A stretch of 64,000 bases of DNA, from assembly GCA_042216015.1 (NCBI GenBank), contig JBDGUI010000013.1, positions 22,838 to 86,837 on the forward strand, written 5' to 3'. The notes under the pieces were generated by a model. The model was not told the origin of the DNA. It was given only the letters and a program-made list of their open reading frames with translations, and made no database searches. A program made the position numbers and the translations under genes. Within the stretch, counting starts at the first letter, position 1; each line of letters opens with the position of its first letter. This document shows positions 22,035 to 32,568 of the stretch, in pieces. Source of the DNA: Halodesulfurarchaeum sp. GTDB lineage: Archaea; Halobacteriota; Halobacteria; Halobacteriales; Halobacteriaceae.

Positions 22035-23150
22035 ATGCCGCCGGAGACCTCCGAGGAGTTGCCCTCGCCCGAGGCCCTCCAGTCGGTCTTCCGGGTCTAC
22101 GAGGTGACGCAGGACGGCGAGGGCGTCCACTACTACGGCGATCCCCTCGTGAACCAGCAACAACTCCTCGAGGCCGTCTGGCCGCAGTTCCGCGAGGCCG
22201 GCTATGAGGTGTCCCTAAGGCGTCGGCTGGGCGAGTTCGTGCTCGTGGCCAAGCCCCGCGAGACCGGCGAGGACGGCATTCCGTGGACGAACATCGGGTT
22301 GGCCCTCTTGACCGTCCTCTCGACGCTCTACGTGGGGACGAGGTGGTACTACGTTCAGGACCCCCTCTCGCTGGAACTGCTCGATGCCGTGCCGTTCACG
22401 CTCGCCGTGATGGGAGTCCTCGGCACCCACGAACTCGGCCACTACGTCATGAGCCGCCATCACGACGTCCCGGCGTCGCTTCCCTATTTCATCCCGTTCC
22501 CCTCGGTCATCGGGACGATGGGGGCGGTGATCCGCATCCGCGGCCGGATCCCGGACCGCCGGGCGCTCTTCGACATCGGCGTGGCCGGACCGCTCGCCGG
22601 GCTCGTCGCGACGGTGATCGTCACCGCGATCGGACTCTCGCTCCCGCCGGTGTCGGTCCCGGACTGGATCTTCGCCGCCGGATCGACGGTGGAGATACAG
22701 TTCAACTACCCGCCGCTTTTGACGGGCATCGCCTATCTGCTCGGCGAACCGCTCTCCTATGCCGACCCGCGGCTCGTCGTGAATCCGGTCGTGATCGGCG
22801 GCTGGGTCGGGATGTTCATCACGTTCCTGAACCTGATCCCGGTCGGCCAACTCGACGGCGGCCACATCCTCCGGGCGATCGTCGGACCCGCCCAGGAGCG
22901 GGTTGCGCCGCTGATTCCGATCGCCCTGTTCTCCCTCGCCGCGGGGCTCTATCTGTTCACGGACGCGGGCCAGATGGTCGGGGTCTGGGTCCTCTGGGGG
23001 TTCATGGCGATGATCGCGACCTACATCGGGAGCGCGGCGCCGATCGCGGAGGAGCGACTCGATCCCCGGCGGAAGGCACTCGGCGTCCTGACCTTTCTGC
23101 TCGGGTTGCTCTGTTTCACGCCGATCCCGATCGAAATCATCGGCCTGTAG
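22035..23150 (+). CDS. Site-2 protease (peptidase M50)
   Basis: HELGH, AGPLAG, NLIPVGQLDGGH. Confidence 0.92.
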   Translation: MPPETSEELPSPEALQSVFRVYEVTQDGEGVHYYGDPLVNQQQLLEAVWPQFREAGYEVSLRRRLGEFVLVAKPRETGEDGIPWTNIGLALLTVLSTLYVGTRWYYVQDPLSLELLDAVPFTLAVMGVLGTHELGHYVMSRHHDVPASLPYFIPFPSVIGTMGAVIRIRGRIPDRRALFDIGVAGPLAGLVATVIVTAIGLSLPPVSVPDWIFAAGSTVEIQFNYPPLLTGIAYLLGEPLSYADPRLVVNPVVIGGWVGMFITFLNLIPVGQLDGGHILRAIVGPAQERVAPLIPIALFSLAAGLYLFTDAGQMVGVWVLWGFMAMIATYIGSAAPIAEERLDPRRKALGVLTFLLGLLCFTPIPIEIIGL

Positions 23151-23154
23151 TCGA

Positions 23155-24039
23155 TCAGGTCCTCCCGTGGGTGTAGCCCTCATTCGCGAGTGGCTCCCCG
23201 TCCAGTTCGATCCCCGCCTCCGCCGGTTCGACCGTCCCGAGCACGGAGAGCGGGACCGACAGCCGCTCTCGAACCGTCTCGACCCGCTCCTCGGGGAGCG
23301 TACAGACGAGTTCGAAATCGCCGCCGTGGGTGATGGCCGCCTCGAGCGGATCCGTTCCAACCCCGAGGTAGGTGTCGAGGTCCTCGGCGATCGGAATCGC
23401 CGACCCGTCGATGGCAACCCCGACCCCACTCGCGGCAGCGAGTTGGTGAAGCGAGCGTGCCAGGCCGTCGCTCGAATCGATCATCGCGGTGGCGTCCGGG
23501 CCGAGTGCTCGACCGGCGGCGACCCGGGGCGTGAACTGGAACAGGTCGTTTCCTCCGTCGATCGCTCCCGCCTCGAAGGCCCGAATCCCCGCGGCAGCGC
23601 GTCCGAGGGTCCCGGTGACACAGACGACCTCGCCCGGACTGGCCCCGTCGCGGGTGACCGGATCCGTCGCTCGACCGATCGCCGCCGTCGCGACCGTGAA
23701 CTCCCGATGGGTGTCCAGGTCGCCGCCGACGTAGCTCGCACCGACGGCCTCCGAGACGGCGCTGGCACCCTCGAGGAACGGCTCGAGGTCCTTCGCGTCG
23801 AATTCCGGGACTCCGACGGCCGCGACGGTCGCGGTCGCCTCCGCCCCCATCGCGGCGACGTCGGAGAGCGAGACGCCGATGGACCGCCAGCCGGCGGTGT
23901 ATCGGCTCGTTCCCGGGGGGAAATCCGTCGTCTCGTGGAGCATGTCGATGGTGAGGACCGTCTCGTCGAGGATGGCCGCGTCGTCACCCTCACCGGCGAT
24001 GAAATCCGTGACCAGTGAGAGCGCCCCGTGCTCGTCCAT
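23155..24039 (-). CDS. thiL: Thiamine-monophosphate kinase
   Basis: GDDAA, SLSDVAAMGA, VGGD, VTGTLG, MIDSSDGL, GGDFEL. Confidence 0.93.
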   Translation of the reverse strand: MDEHGALSLVTDFIAGEGDDAAILDETVLTIDMLHETTDFPPGTSRYTAGWRSIGVSLSDVAAMGAEATATVAAVGVPEFDAKDLEPFLEGASAVSEAVGASYVGGDLDTHREFTVATAAIGRATDPVTRDGASPGEVVCVTGTLGRAAAGIRAFEAGAIDGGNDLFQFTPRVAAGRALGPDATAMIDSSDGLARSLHQLAAASGVGVAIDGSAIPIAEDLDTYLGVGTDPLEAAITHGGDFELVCTLPEERVETVRERLSVPLSVLGTVEPAEAGIELDGEPLANEGYTHGRT

Positions 24040-24145
24040 GTCACTCACTTGCCCGGCGGGAAAAAAAGCCGTCCGGTCCGGGGGACAGAACCGCCGTCGA
24101 ACGCCTAACGAATGGTTTAAACGGCGGCATCGAGAATCCGCGGGC

Positions 24146-24601
24146 ATGGCAACTCTCTACGACGCCCCTGCGGACGAGCTCATCGCGGCGCTCGCCGAGG
24201 AGCTCGCCGAGCGACTCGAGGAGCCCGACTGGGCCACGTACACGAAGACCGGCGCGAGCCGGGAACTCCCCCCCGAACAGGAGGACTTCTGGGCCACCCG
24301 CACCGCGAGTGTCCTTCGAAAAGTGGCGATGAACGCCCCGATCGGCGTGGAGCGCCTCTCGACGGCCTACGGTGGCACGAAGGACGGCTCGAACCGCTAC
24401 GAGGTCGCGCCGAGCAAGCGCAGCGACGGCTCACAGAAGATCCTCCGCGAGATTCTCCAGGACCTCGAGGAGGAGGGCCTGATCATGACTCGCGACGGTG
24501 AAGGCCGGGACATCACGCCCGAGGGCCAACAGCTCCTCGACGAGACCGCCGGCGAGGTCATCGAGGCGCTCGACGATCCGGCTCTCGAGCGCTACGCCTA
24601 A
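24146..24601 (+). CDS. rps19e: 30S ribosomal protein S19e
   Basis: PDWATYTKTGASRELPP, FWATRTAS, GRDITPEGQ. Confidence 0.96.
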   Translation: MATLYDAPADELIAALAEELAERLEEPDWATYTKTGASRELPPEQEDFWATRTASVLRKVAMNAPIGVERLSTAYGGTKDGSNRYEVAPSKRSDGSQKILREILQDLEEEGLIMTRDGEGRDITPEGQQLLDETAGEVIEALDDPALERYA

Positions 24602-24657
24602 TTTTCGACTGCCGCTTTTTCGACCGCTGGGTTCGGTTTCATCGCACCAGCCGAAGG

Positions 24658-24798
24658 TTTATCAGCAAAAACCGGGCCAGTCCGGTTCATGCCCTAACCC
24701 GACGCCCGGATCGGTTCGCGGGAGTGCGACGACCCGATTCGGCACGATTCAGTCGCCTGTTCGCCCCGTCTCGTCCCGTTCGCCGACCGAACCCGATC
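24658..24798 (+). ncRNA. Copy A of a dispersed TATA(-31)/ATG-CCC-TAA element (putative small transcript)
   Basis: TTTATC at 24658, ATGCCCTAA at 24689-24697; sequence similarity to copies at 38018-38159 (-) and 45187-45337 (+). Confidence 0.55.
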
Positions 24799-26077
24799 AG
24801 GTGCCCTGCTGCCAGCTGTCCATGTACTCCTGCTGGGTCGGAGTGAGCTCGTCGATCGCGATGTCCTCGGCCTCGAGCTTGATCTCTGCGACCTCCCGGT
24901 CGAGTTCGTCGGGGACCTCGTGGACACCGGCAGCGTAGTCCTCGCCGTTCGTGACGAGTTCGCGGACACAGACGGCCTGGATGCCGAAGCTCTGGTCCAT
25001 GACCTCGACGGGATGGCCGAGCGAGACCGGGCTCGCCAGGTTCACCAGCCGTCCCTCGGCGAGTACGTTGATCCGGCGTCCGTCCCGCAGTTCGTACTCC
25101 CGGATGCCGTCACGGACTTCGGACTCCGCCACGGCGAGTTCGGACAGACCCTCGAGGTCGATCTCGACGTCGAAGTGGCCGGCGTTTGCCAGCACCACGC
25201 CGTCTTGCATCCGCTCGACGTGCTCGGGTGTGATTATGTCCCGGTTGCCGGTGGTGGTGATGAAGACGTCACCCTTTTCGGCAGCGTCGGCCATCGGCAG
25301 GACCTCGTAGCCCTCCATGTGGGCCTCGAGGGCTCTGCGGGGATCGATCTCGGTGACGACGACCGAGGCGTTCTGGCCCGAGGCCTTCCGGGCGACGCCG
25401 CGACCACACTGGCCGAAGCCCGCGACCACGACGGTCTTTCCGGCCCAGGAGAGGTTCGTCGTCATCGCGATGCTCGAGAGGGAAGCCTCCCCCGTGCCGT
25501 GGACGTTGTCGAAGAGCCGCTTCATCGGCGTGTCGTTCACGGCGAAGACCGGATACTCGAGCGCGCCGTCTTCGTCCATCGAGCGGAGCCGGTGGACGCC
25601 GGTGGTCGTCTCCTCCGAGCCGCCGACGATCGAGTCGATCAGCTCCGGGTGTTTCTCGTGGATGCGGAAGACCAGATCCCCGCCGTCGTCGACGGTGATG
25701 TCCGGCTCGTGGCCGATCACGGCCTCGATGGCGTCGTAGTAGCCCGTTTCGTCGACGCCCCGCTCGGCGTAGGAGGTGATTGCATCGTTCGCGTCGAGGG
25801 CCGCGCTCACGTCGTCGTGAGTCGAGAGCGGGTTGCAGCCAGTGATGGCGATCTCCGCCCCGCCGGCGGCGAGCGTTTCGACGAGCGCCGCGGTCTTGGC
25901 CTCGACGTGGAGGGCCATCCCGATGGTGTAGCCTGCAAAGGGTTGTTCGGCCTCGAAATCGGCTCGGAGGGACTGGACGATCGGCATGTGCTCGAACGCC
26001 CAGTCGATCTTCTTTCGGCCGTCGGCGACGGCCCCATCGACGTCGGAGAGTCGGTCACTGATCGGAGAAGCGGTCAT
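24797..26077 (-). CDS. ahcY: Adenosylhomocysteinase
   Basis: [49 protein letters not shown]. Confidence 0.97.
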   Translation of the reverse strand: MTASPISDRLSDVDGAVADGRKKIDWAFEHMPIVQSLRADFEAEQPFAGYTIGMALHVEAKTAALVETLAAGGAEIAITGCNPLSTHDDVSAALDANDAITSYAERGVDETGYYDAIEAVIGHEPDITVDDGGDLVFRIHEKHPELIDSIVGGSEETTTGVHRLRSMDEDGALEYPVFAVNDTPMKRLFDNVHGTGEASLSSIAMTTNLSWAGKTVVVAGFGQCGRGVARKASGQNASVVVTEIDPRRALEAHMEGYEVLPMADAAEKGDVFITTTGNRDIITPEHVERMQDGVVLANAGHFDVEIDLEGLSELAVAESEVRDGIREYELRDGRRINVLAEGRLVNLASPVSLGHPVEVMDQSFGIQAVCVRELVTNGEDYAAGVHEVPDELDREVAEIKLEAEDIAIDELTPTQQEYMDSWQQGT

Positions 26078-26121
26078 GCCCGAACGGAGGGCCAGCGAGC
26101 TTTAATGGGTATCGGAGACGG

Positions 26122-27408
26122 TCAGGCGCGATCGGCCAGGTCGGCGGCCCGCGATCTGGCCGCCGCTCGGACGGCTTGCTCCTCGAGAACCCGCACCTTG
26201 CGGTCCGCCATGAGGACCGCTCCGTCCACCATCGTGTGGCGGACGTCCTCCCCGTGGGCGGCATACACGAGGTGAGAGACGTGCTCGTGGACCGGCGTCA
26301 TGCGCGCCGCGCCGAAGTCGACAACGATCAGATCCGCGGCCGCACCAGGCTCGATGCGACCCCCGGGGAGCCCCAGCGCCCGGGAACCCCCCTCGGTCGC
26401 CATGCGGACGACGGCCTCGGCCGGCACGGCGCTGGCCTCGTCCGCTGCCAGCTTGCCCAAAAGCGCCGCATCGCGCATCTCCCCGACCATGTCGAGGTCA
26501 TTGTTCGAGGCGGCCCCATCGGTTCCAAGCGCCAGCGGGACCCCCCGATCGAGCAATCGCTCGATTGGCGCCATGCCCGAGGCCAGCTTCATGTTCGAGG
26601 CCGGGCAGTGGACGACACTCGGCCCCTGATCGGCCAGAATGTCCACCTCCGTCCCGTCGACGTGGACGCCGTGTGCGAGGAAATCCTGGGCCTCGAGCAG
26701 GCCAAGCTCGACGGCGTATTCGAGCGGTCGCACACCCTCGCTCTCGACGATCGGTTCGACCTCGTCGGGTGTCTCGTTTGCATGGATGTGGAGCGGCACG
26801 TCGAGGTCCCGGGCGGCCGCGACCGTGTCGCGGAGGGCGTCCTCGCTGACGGTCGTGAGCGAGTGCGGGGAGAGCGCCGGCCGGATTCGGTCGTTCTCGC
26901 ACTCGACCGTTCGGCGAGCGAAGTCGATCCCCTCCTGGACATCGGCTTCGGCTCCCTCCTCGTCCTTCCCGACGGTGACGATGCCGTGGGAGAGTCGAGC
27001 CCGGAGCCCGGCCCGCTCGACGCTCGCGAGGACCTCGTCCATGTGGAAGTACATGTCCGCGAAGGCGGTCGTCCCCGAGCGGATCATCTCGAGCAGCGCG
27101 AGGTCGGTGCCCGCCCGGACGTCCGCCGGTTCGAGGGCGGCCTCGGCCGGCCAGATGTCCTCTCGAAGCCACGCGTCGAGGGGCCTGTCGTCGGCGTAGC
27201 CGCGAAGGAGCGTCATCGCGGCGTGGGTGTGAGCGTTGACCAGCCCGGGCATGACGAGCCCGCCGGCCGCCGAGAGGGTCCGGTCTCCGGCGAGGTCCTG
27301 GCCGACGGCTCGAATCTCGCCGTCGTCCTCGTCAACGAGGACGTCCGCCCGCGAGACCGAGGCGTCGGGGTGGAGCACGTGCCCGTCGGTCACACTGATG
27401 GTCGACAT
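26122..27408 (-). CDS. mtaD: Amidohydrolase, probable MTA/SAH deaminase
   Basis: [36 protein letters not shown]; adjacent to ahcY. Confidence 0.8.
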   Translation of the reverse strand: MSTISVTDGHVLHPDASVSRADVLVDEDDGEIRAVGQDLAGDRTLSAAGGLVMPGLVNAHTHAAMTLLRGYADDRPLDAWLREDIWPAEAALEPADVRAGTDLALLEMIRSGTTAFADMYFHMDEVLASVERAGLRARLSHGIVTVGKDEEGAEADVQEGIDFARRTVECENDRIRPALSPHSLTTVSEDALRDTVAAARDLDVPLHIHANETPDEVEPIVESEGVRPLEYAVELGLLEAQDFLAHGVHVDGTEVDILADQGPSVVHCPASNMKLASGMAPIERLLDRGVPLALGTDGAASNNDLDMVGEMRDAALLGKLAADEASAVPAEAVVRMATEGGSRALGLPGGRIEPGAAADLIVVDFGAARMTPVHEHVSHLVYAAHGEDVRHTMVDGAVLMADRKVRVLEEQAVRAAARSRAADLADRA

Positions 27409-27544
27409 GGCCGCGGGTTCGGGATGGGCGGCCCTGAATCTGCCGCTTGGTTGCCCCCTCGATGCCGACCGGCCCGATGGGGGACCGCATCGTCGTGGCT
27501 CGCGATGGAAACGCAAATACGCGAGCCCCCGCTACGTGGCGCCA

Positions 27545-28393
27545 ATGCGTATCGCGATTCCGAACAAGGGGCGGCTCCACGACCCGGCCGTCGAACTCCT
27601 CGACCGGGCGGGTATCCACGTCGTCGACGGCGAGGACCGCCAGCTCTACGCCGACACGGTCGACCCGGACATCACGATCCTCTTCGCGCGGGCCGCGGAC
27701 ATCCCCGAGTACATCGCCGACGGCGCGGCCGACCTCGGCATCACCGGGTTCGACCAGGCCCAGGAGGCCGACAATGAGGCGGTCGTGTCGCTTCTCGATC
27801 TGGAGTTCGGGCAGTGCCGGATCGTCGTCGCGGCCCCGGAGGACGGTGAGATCACGGATATCGAGGATCTGGACGGCAAGACCGTCGCGACGGAGTTTCC
27901 CCACATCACGAAAAAACACTTCGCCGATGCCGGCGTCGACGCCGAGATCGTCGAGGTGTCGGGGGCGACGGAACTCACCCCGCATGTCGAGATGGCCGAC
28001 GCCATCGTGGACATCACGAGCACGGGCACGACCCTGGCGGTCAACCGACTCGCGATCATCGACGAGGTTCTCGAGAGTTCGGCCCGCCTCTTCGCCCACG
28101 AGGACGTCGTGAACGACCGGAAGACCTCCGAGATCGACCGGGCGCTCGAATCGGTGCTCGCGGCGGAGGGCCGTCGCTACATCATGCTCAACGCGCCGAA
28201 GTCGAACCTCGAGAAGATCGAGGAGGTCATCCCCGGCATGGGTGGCCCGACGGTGATGGATATCGCCGGGACCGAACAGGTCGCAATTCACGCCGTCATC
28301 AGGGAGGACGAGGTCTTTCGGACGGTCACGCGGCTCAAGGCGGAAGGGGCGACCGACATCCTCGTCACCGAGATCGAGCGGCTGGTCGAGTAG
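27545..28393 (+). CDS. hisG: ATP phosphoribosyltransferase (long form)
   Basis: [32 protein letters not shown]. Confidence 0.96.
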   Translation: MRIAIPNKGRLHDPAVELLDRAGIHVVDGEDRQLYADTVDPDITILFARAADIPEYIADGAADLGITGFDQAQEADNEAVVSLLDLEFGQCRIVVAAPEDGEITDIEDLDGKTVATEFPHITKKHFADAGVDAEIVEVSGATELTPHVEMADAIVDITSTGTTLAVNRLAIIDEVLESSARLFAHEDVVNDRKTSEIDRALESVLAAEGRRYIMLNAPKSNLEKIEEVIPGMGGPTVMDIAGTEQVAIHAVIREDEVFRTVTRLKAEGATDILVTEIERLVE

Positions 28394-28417
28394 ACAGAAT
28401 CGATCGACTCCGAATCG

Positions 28418-28978
28418 CTATTCGAGCAGACCGAGTTCCTCGAGGCGGGAGACGATCTTGTCGACGGCGTGTTCGGCGTCCTCGGGGCGCTTGCCACCGG
28501 TGATGACCAGCTTTCCGCTGCCGAAGAGGAGGGCGACGACCTCCGGCTCGTCGAGGCGGTAGACCAGCCCGGGGAACTGCTCGGGTTCGTACTCGATGTT
28601 CTCCAGTCCGAGGCCGATGGCGATGGCGTTGAGATTGAGTTGCCGGCCCAGGTCGGCACTCGTCACGATGTTCTGGACGACGATCTCCGGCTCCTCCTCG
28701 ACCTTGATTGAGAGATCACGAAGCTTGTCGAAGACGATGTGGAGGCTCTCGTGGACGTCGTCGGTGCTCTTCGCCCCGGTGCAGACGATCTTCCCGGAAC
28801 GGAAGATGAGCGCAGCCGACTTGGGGTCCTGGGTCCGGTAGACCAGTCCCGGGAACTGCTCCGGGTCGTAGTCCGCCCCCTCGAGATCCATGGCGACCGA
28901 CTGGAGATCGAGCTCCTGCCCGATCCCGGTCGAGGCGACCACGTTCTCGATGTTGATGGTTTCCTTGGGATCACTCAT
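28418..28978 (-). CDS. tbp: TATA-box-binding protein
   Basis: Two YxPEQFPGLVYR repeats, NVVAS/NIVTS, SGKIVCTGA. Confidence 0.98.
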   Translation of the reverse strand: MSDPKETINIENVVASTGIGQELDLQSVAMDLEGADYDPEQFPGLVYRTQDPKSAALIFRSGKIVCTGAKSTDDVHESLHIVFDKLRDLSIKVEEEPEIVVQNIVTSADLGRQLNLNAIAIGLGLENIEYEPEQFPGLVYRLDEPEVVALLFGSGKLVITGGKRPEDAEHAVDKIVSRLEELGLLE

Positions 28979-28983
28979 GTGCG

Positions 28984-29012
28984 TTTTAAGGCTTGTATTT
29001 AAGCTTTATAAA
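28984..29012 (-). promoter_or_regulatory. tbp promoter with three tandem TATA-like boxes
   Basis: Minus strand reads TTTATAAA-G-CTTAAATA-CAAGC-CTTAAAA-CGCAC-ATG. Confidence 0.7.
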
Positions 29013-29156
29013 TATTTGCAGTGCACGACTCGTTCACACGAGCTGATGAGTCGGGAACACTGTCCGGCCGACCGCCCCGGATCGACGGTGAGTCGCAGGT
29101 CACGAACACCCCTGTGGACCGATACGCTCAGGGGGGTGGCCCGATTTGGTCCCGGC

Positions 29157-30128
29157 GTGTACGTCCTGGAGTTCGCGGGGGAGGACGATCCGTTCGCGGC
29201 GGCGGAGGCCCGGGCGGCCGCGAGCGACGTCTCCATTCTCGCCTCGGGGATCGGCACGGCCGACACCGTCGACGTCGCCCGGGTGGGGGGACTGGCCTTC
29301 ACGCGGCGGGTGTCGGAACTCGTGGGTCGGGTCGACGCCGACGTCGAGGCCGCTGCGGCACACCTCGAACAGGTCGACGTCTCGCGATCGGGGAGCGTCG
29401 CCGTCCGGGCCAGGGACGTGCGGGGAACCGCCGATATCGACACGCAGGCCGCCGAACGGGAACTGGGCCGGGTCCTCGTCGACCGGGGCTTTTCCGTCGA
29501 CCTTTCGGCACCGGATCACACGCTCGTGGCCCTCTTCGCGGACGAGTCGGCGGTCCTCGGCTGGGAGGTCGCCACCTCGACCCGCGAGTACGGCGAGCGG
29601 GCGCCGACCGACAGACCGTTCTTCCAGCCCGGGAGCATGGACCCGCTGCTCGCCCGTGCGGTCTGTAACCTGGCCAGGATCGAGCCGGGCGACCTCGTGC
29701 TCGATCCCCTGTGTGGAACCGGCGGTTTGCTCATCGAGGCCGGGCTGCTGGGCGGCCGAGTGATCGGCATCGACGCTCAGGAGAAGATGGTCCGGGGGAC
29801 GTTGCGGAATTTACAGGCCGAACTCGACCGATCGCCGTTCGTGGCTCGTGGCGACGGAACGGCCCTCCCGCTCCCGGCGAAGAGCGTGGATGCAGTCGTC
29901 TTCGACGTCCCCTACGGCCGCCAGTCGAAAATCGAGCGCCACGGGCTCACGGATCTGGTCCGTGGTGCCCTCGCCGAGGCCAGGCGAGTGGCCCCGCGAG
30001 CCGTCGTCGTGGCCGATCGCTCCGCCGAGGCCGGAGCCCGGGAGGCCGGCTGGACGGTGCGGGAGACATACGAGCGGCGGGTCCACCGTTCGCTCACCAG
30101 GCACGTCCACGTCCTGCGTGCCGACTGA
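29157..30128 (+). CDS. THUMP-domain tRNA methyltransferase (TrmG10/Trm11-like)
   Basis: VDLSAPD, RPFFQPGSMDPLLARA, VLDPLCGTGG, FDVPYG; GTG start inferred. Confidence 0.85.
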   Translation: MYVLEFAGEDDPFAAAEARAAASDVSILASGIGTADTVDVARVGGLAFTRRVSELVGRVDADVEAAAAHLEQVDVSRSGSVAVRARDVRGTADIDTQAAERELGRVLVDRGFSVDLSAPDHTLVALFADESAVLGWEVATSTREYGERAPTDRPFFQPGSMDPLLARAVCNLARIEPGDLVLDPLCGTGGLLIEAGLLGGRVIGIDAQEKMVRGTLRNLQAELDRSPFVARGDGTALPLPAKSVDAVVFDVPYGRQSKIERHGLTDLVRGALAEARRVAPRAVVVADRSAEAGAREAGWTVRETYERRVHRSLTRHVHVLRAD

Positions 30129-31173
30129 GCTCTCGGGGTTTCGGGGATCGGGACGGTTCGAGAGTGGCGTCCGGATCCAGCAGCGAGAGGAAGTGTGCGA
30201 GGTGGATCCGGGCACTCGTTCCCCGGGTGAGGTCGAATTCGACCCGGCCGGCGACCTCGTGGAGTTTCGCGAGCCTGGCCCCGCTGTGGCGCGTTCGAAC
30301 GGCATCCATCATCTCCTCGAGGAGTTCCTCCCCCGAGCGCCCCTCGTCGATGAGGAGGTCGTCGAGGATCGATCGTGCGTCCTGGAACTCGCCGGCCTCC
30401 GCGGCGTCGAGCATCTCCGCGATGCGGTCGTCCAGGCCCACGTCCTGCAGCGGTTCCAGCACGGCTGTCCCCCGCAGTTCGCCGATCTCCTCGAATGCGG
30501 TCTGGGCGGCCAGAATCGCCTCCCGGAGGTCTCCCTCGGCGTAGGAGGCCAGGTACGAGAGTCCCTCCTCGTCGTACTCGACGCCCTCGTCGGTCGCGAT
30601 CGACTCGAGGACGGCGACGGTCTCCTCGCGGGTCGGGGCCCGCACCGGGATCGGGACACACCGCGACCGGATCGGCGAGATGAGCTTGCTCGGTTGTCGG
30701 GTGGTGATGACGAACTGGGTGGCCTCGTAGTACTGCTCCATCACCCGCCTGAGAGCCTGCTGGAAGTCCTCCCGGATCGCCTCCGCGTTGTCGAGCAGGA
30801 TCGTGTTGTACGAGCCGGACACCGGCGGGTGGCTCGCGCTCTCGGTGAGGACGTGGTTGATCAGATCGGCCTTCGATGAGTTGCGCTTCCGCTTCGGGGT
30901 GATGAACCGCTCGAAGCGGGGGTCCTCGCTCAACTCGTTTTTGGTCATCCCGAAGAAGTCAGCGACGTTGATCTCGATCAGGTCGCCCGCCGGGTCCTCG
31001 TGGGCCGCGTCCGCGAGCGCGCGCACGGCGGCCGTCTTCCCCACTCCGGCGGGACCATGCAGGACGAGATTAACCGGCTCGTCGACCGCATCCGCGAGCC
31101 GATCCCGCACCGATTCCTGGGGGAGTTCCGACAGGTCGGGGGCGTGCCGGTCGATCCAGAGGGGCCGCTCCAT
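30094..31173 (-). CDS. Replication factor C small subunit homolog
   Basis: LWIDRHAP, HGPAGVGKT, LLDNAE, QQALRRVME, PIRSRC, GDLREA. Confidence 0.88.
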   Translation of the reverse strand: MERPLWIDRHAPDLSELPQESVRDRLADAVDEPVNLVLHGPAGVGKTAAVRALADAAHEDPAGDLIEINVADFFGMTKNELSEDPRFERFITPKRKRNSSKADLINHVLTESASHPPVSGSYNTILLDNAEAIREDFQQALRRVMEQYYEATQFVITTRQPSKLISPIRSRCVPIPVRAPTREETVAVLESIATDEGVEYDEEGLSYLASYAEGDLREAILAAQTAFEEIGELRGTAVLEPLQDVGLDDRIAEMLDAAEAGEFQDARSILDDLLIDEGRSGEELLEEMMDAVRTRHSGARLAKLHEVAGRVEFDLTRGTSARIHLAHFLSLLDPDATLEPSRSPKPRELSRHAGRGRAW

Positions 31174-31264
31174 CGGGCGTGGGTACCCGTCGGCCGGATA
31201 AGAATCGGTCGGTCTCCCGGGCCGGGTCCGAAGCGGGTTTACCGGGACCGGCCGAAACGGGGGT

Positions 31265-32191
31265 ATGACCCTTCGCGTGACGTTTCTGGGGACCAGCGGG
31301 GCCATTCCGACGACGGCCCGCAACCCCTGTTCGATCTTCTGCCGGCGGGCCGGCGAGGCCTTTCTCTTCGACGTCGGGGAGGGGACCCAGCGCCAGATGA
31401 TGCGGTTTGGGACCGGATTCGACATCGACGCGGTCTTTCTGACTCACGTCCACGGCGATCACGTCCTCGGTCTCCCTGGCCTGATCCAGACCTGGGGGTT
31501 CAACGAGCGGACCGACCCGCTCGCGATCTACACCCCGCGGGGAACCCGGACCGAAGTCGTCTCCCTCATCCACGCGATCACTGAGGAACCGGCCTATCCC
31601 ATCACGGTGGAGGAGGTCACGCCCGGCTCGACCGTCCGGGAGCGCGAGGAATACGAGATCCGGGCCATCGAGGTCGACCATCGCACCTCTGCGGTGGGAT
31701 ATGCGCTCGTGGAGGCCGACCGAAAGGGTCGCTTCGACCGCGAGCGTGCCGAGGAACTGGGCGTCCCGGCCGGGCCGAAGTTCTCGCGGCTTCACGAGGG
31801 GGAGTCGGTGGAACTCGAGGATGGGACCGTCGTCGAGCCCGAGCAAGTCGTCGGCCCGTCGAGACCCGGTCGCCGACTCGTCTACACGGGAGATACGCGC
31901 CCCGTCGGGTCACTCGAATCGGCCGCCCGTGACGCGGATCTCCTGATTCACGACGCGACGTTCGCCGAGGCCCAACGCGACCGGGCTCGCGAGACTGGCC
32001 ACTCGACCGCCCGGGAGGCCGGCCGGCTCGCGACCCGGGCAGGGGCGAAGCGATTGGCACTGACACACGTCTCACCGCGCTACGCGGGCGATTCGGGGAT
32101 CCTCCTCACGGAAGCACGCGACGCCTACGACGGCGAGGTGATACTCGCCGAAGACGGCCAGACGATCGAGATCCCGTATCCGGACGAGTAG
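31265..32191 (+). CDS. rnz: Ribonuclease Z
   Basis: FLGTSGAIP, DVGEGTQRQ, THVHGDH, YTGDT, HST, LTHVSPRY. Confidence 0.96.
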   Translation: MTLRVTFLGTSGAIPTTARNPCSIFCRRAGEAFLFDVGEGTQRQMMRFGTGFDIDAVFLTHVHGDHVLGLPGLIQTWGFNERTDPLAIYTPRGTRTEVVSLIHAITEEPAYPITVEEVTPGSTVREREEYEIRAIEVDHRTSAVGYALVEADRKGRFDRERAEELGVPAGPKFSRLHEGESVELEDGTVVEPEQVVGPSRPGRRLVYTGDTRPVGSLESAARDADLLIHDATFAEAQRDRARETGHSTAREAGRLATRAGAKRLALTHVSPRYAGDSGILLTEARDAYDGEVILAEDGQTIEIPYPDE

Positions 32192-32250
32192 GTCGGGCGT
32201 TTCGTTCGAACCGCGCTTGATGCGAAAAAACCGCCCCGAAATCGGGCCCT

Positions 32251-32568
32251 TCAGCCGTACTTGTAGGTCATTCCCGACCCGTTGGGTGGGTTCTCCCAGA
32301 TGACGTTGTCGTAGGGGCAGGCCCAGCGACAGCTGCCACACTCGAGGCAGTTCTCGTAGGCGATGAGGGGGACGCCGTCCTCCTCGCCCTCGTTACGCCA
32401 GACGTTCGCGGGACAGACCGAGACGCAGTCGTAGGTCTCACAGTCGATGCAGGTGTCCTCCTCGAAGACGCCGAGGTGGGAGTCCTCGTGGTCGGTGTAC
32501 TTGTTGGCGTAGAGGCGATCCTCGATGCTCGGCCGCTCGACCTCGGGTGTCTTTGGTTGTGCGCTCAT
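32251..32568 (-). CDS. fixX: FixX-type ferredoxin
   Basis: CVSVCPA, ENCLECGSCRWACP, W-x-x-P...G-x-x-YKYG ending; overlaps the fixC stop. Confidence 0.9.
   Translation of the reverse strand: MSAQPKTPEVERPSIEDRLYANKYTDHEDSHLGVFEEDTCIDCETYDCVSVCPANVWRNEGEEDGVPLIAYENCLECGSCRWACPYDNVIWENPPNGSGMTYKYG

Noticed and set aside
29019..29062. CTGATGAG next to a hairpin, resembling a hammerhead ribozyme core
   Set aside because: No stem II, GAAC instead of GAAA, and no correctly placed NUH cleavage triplet
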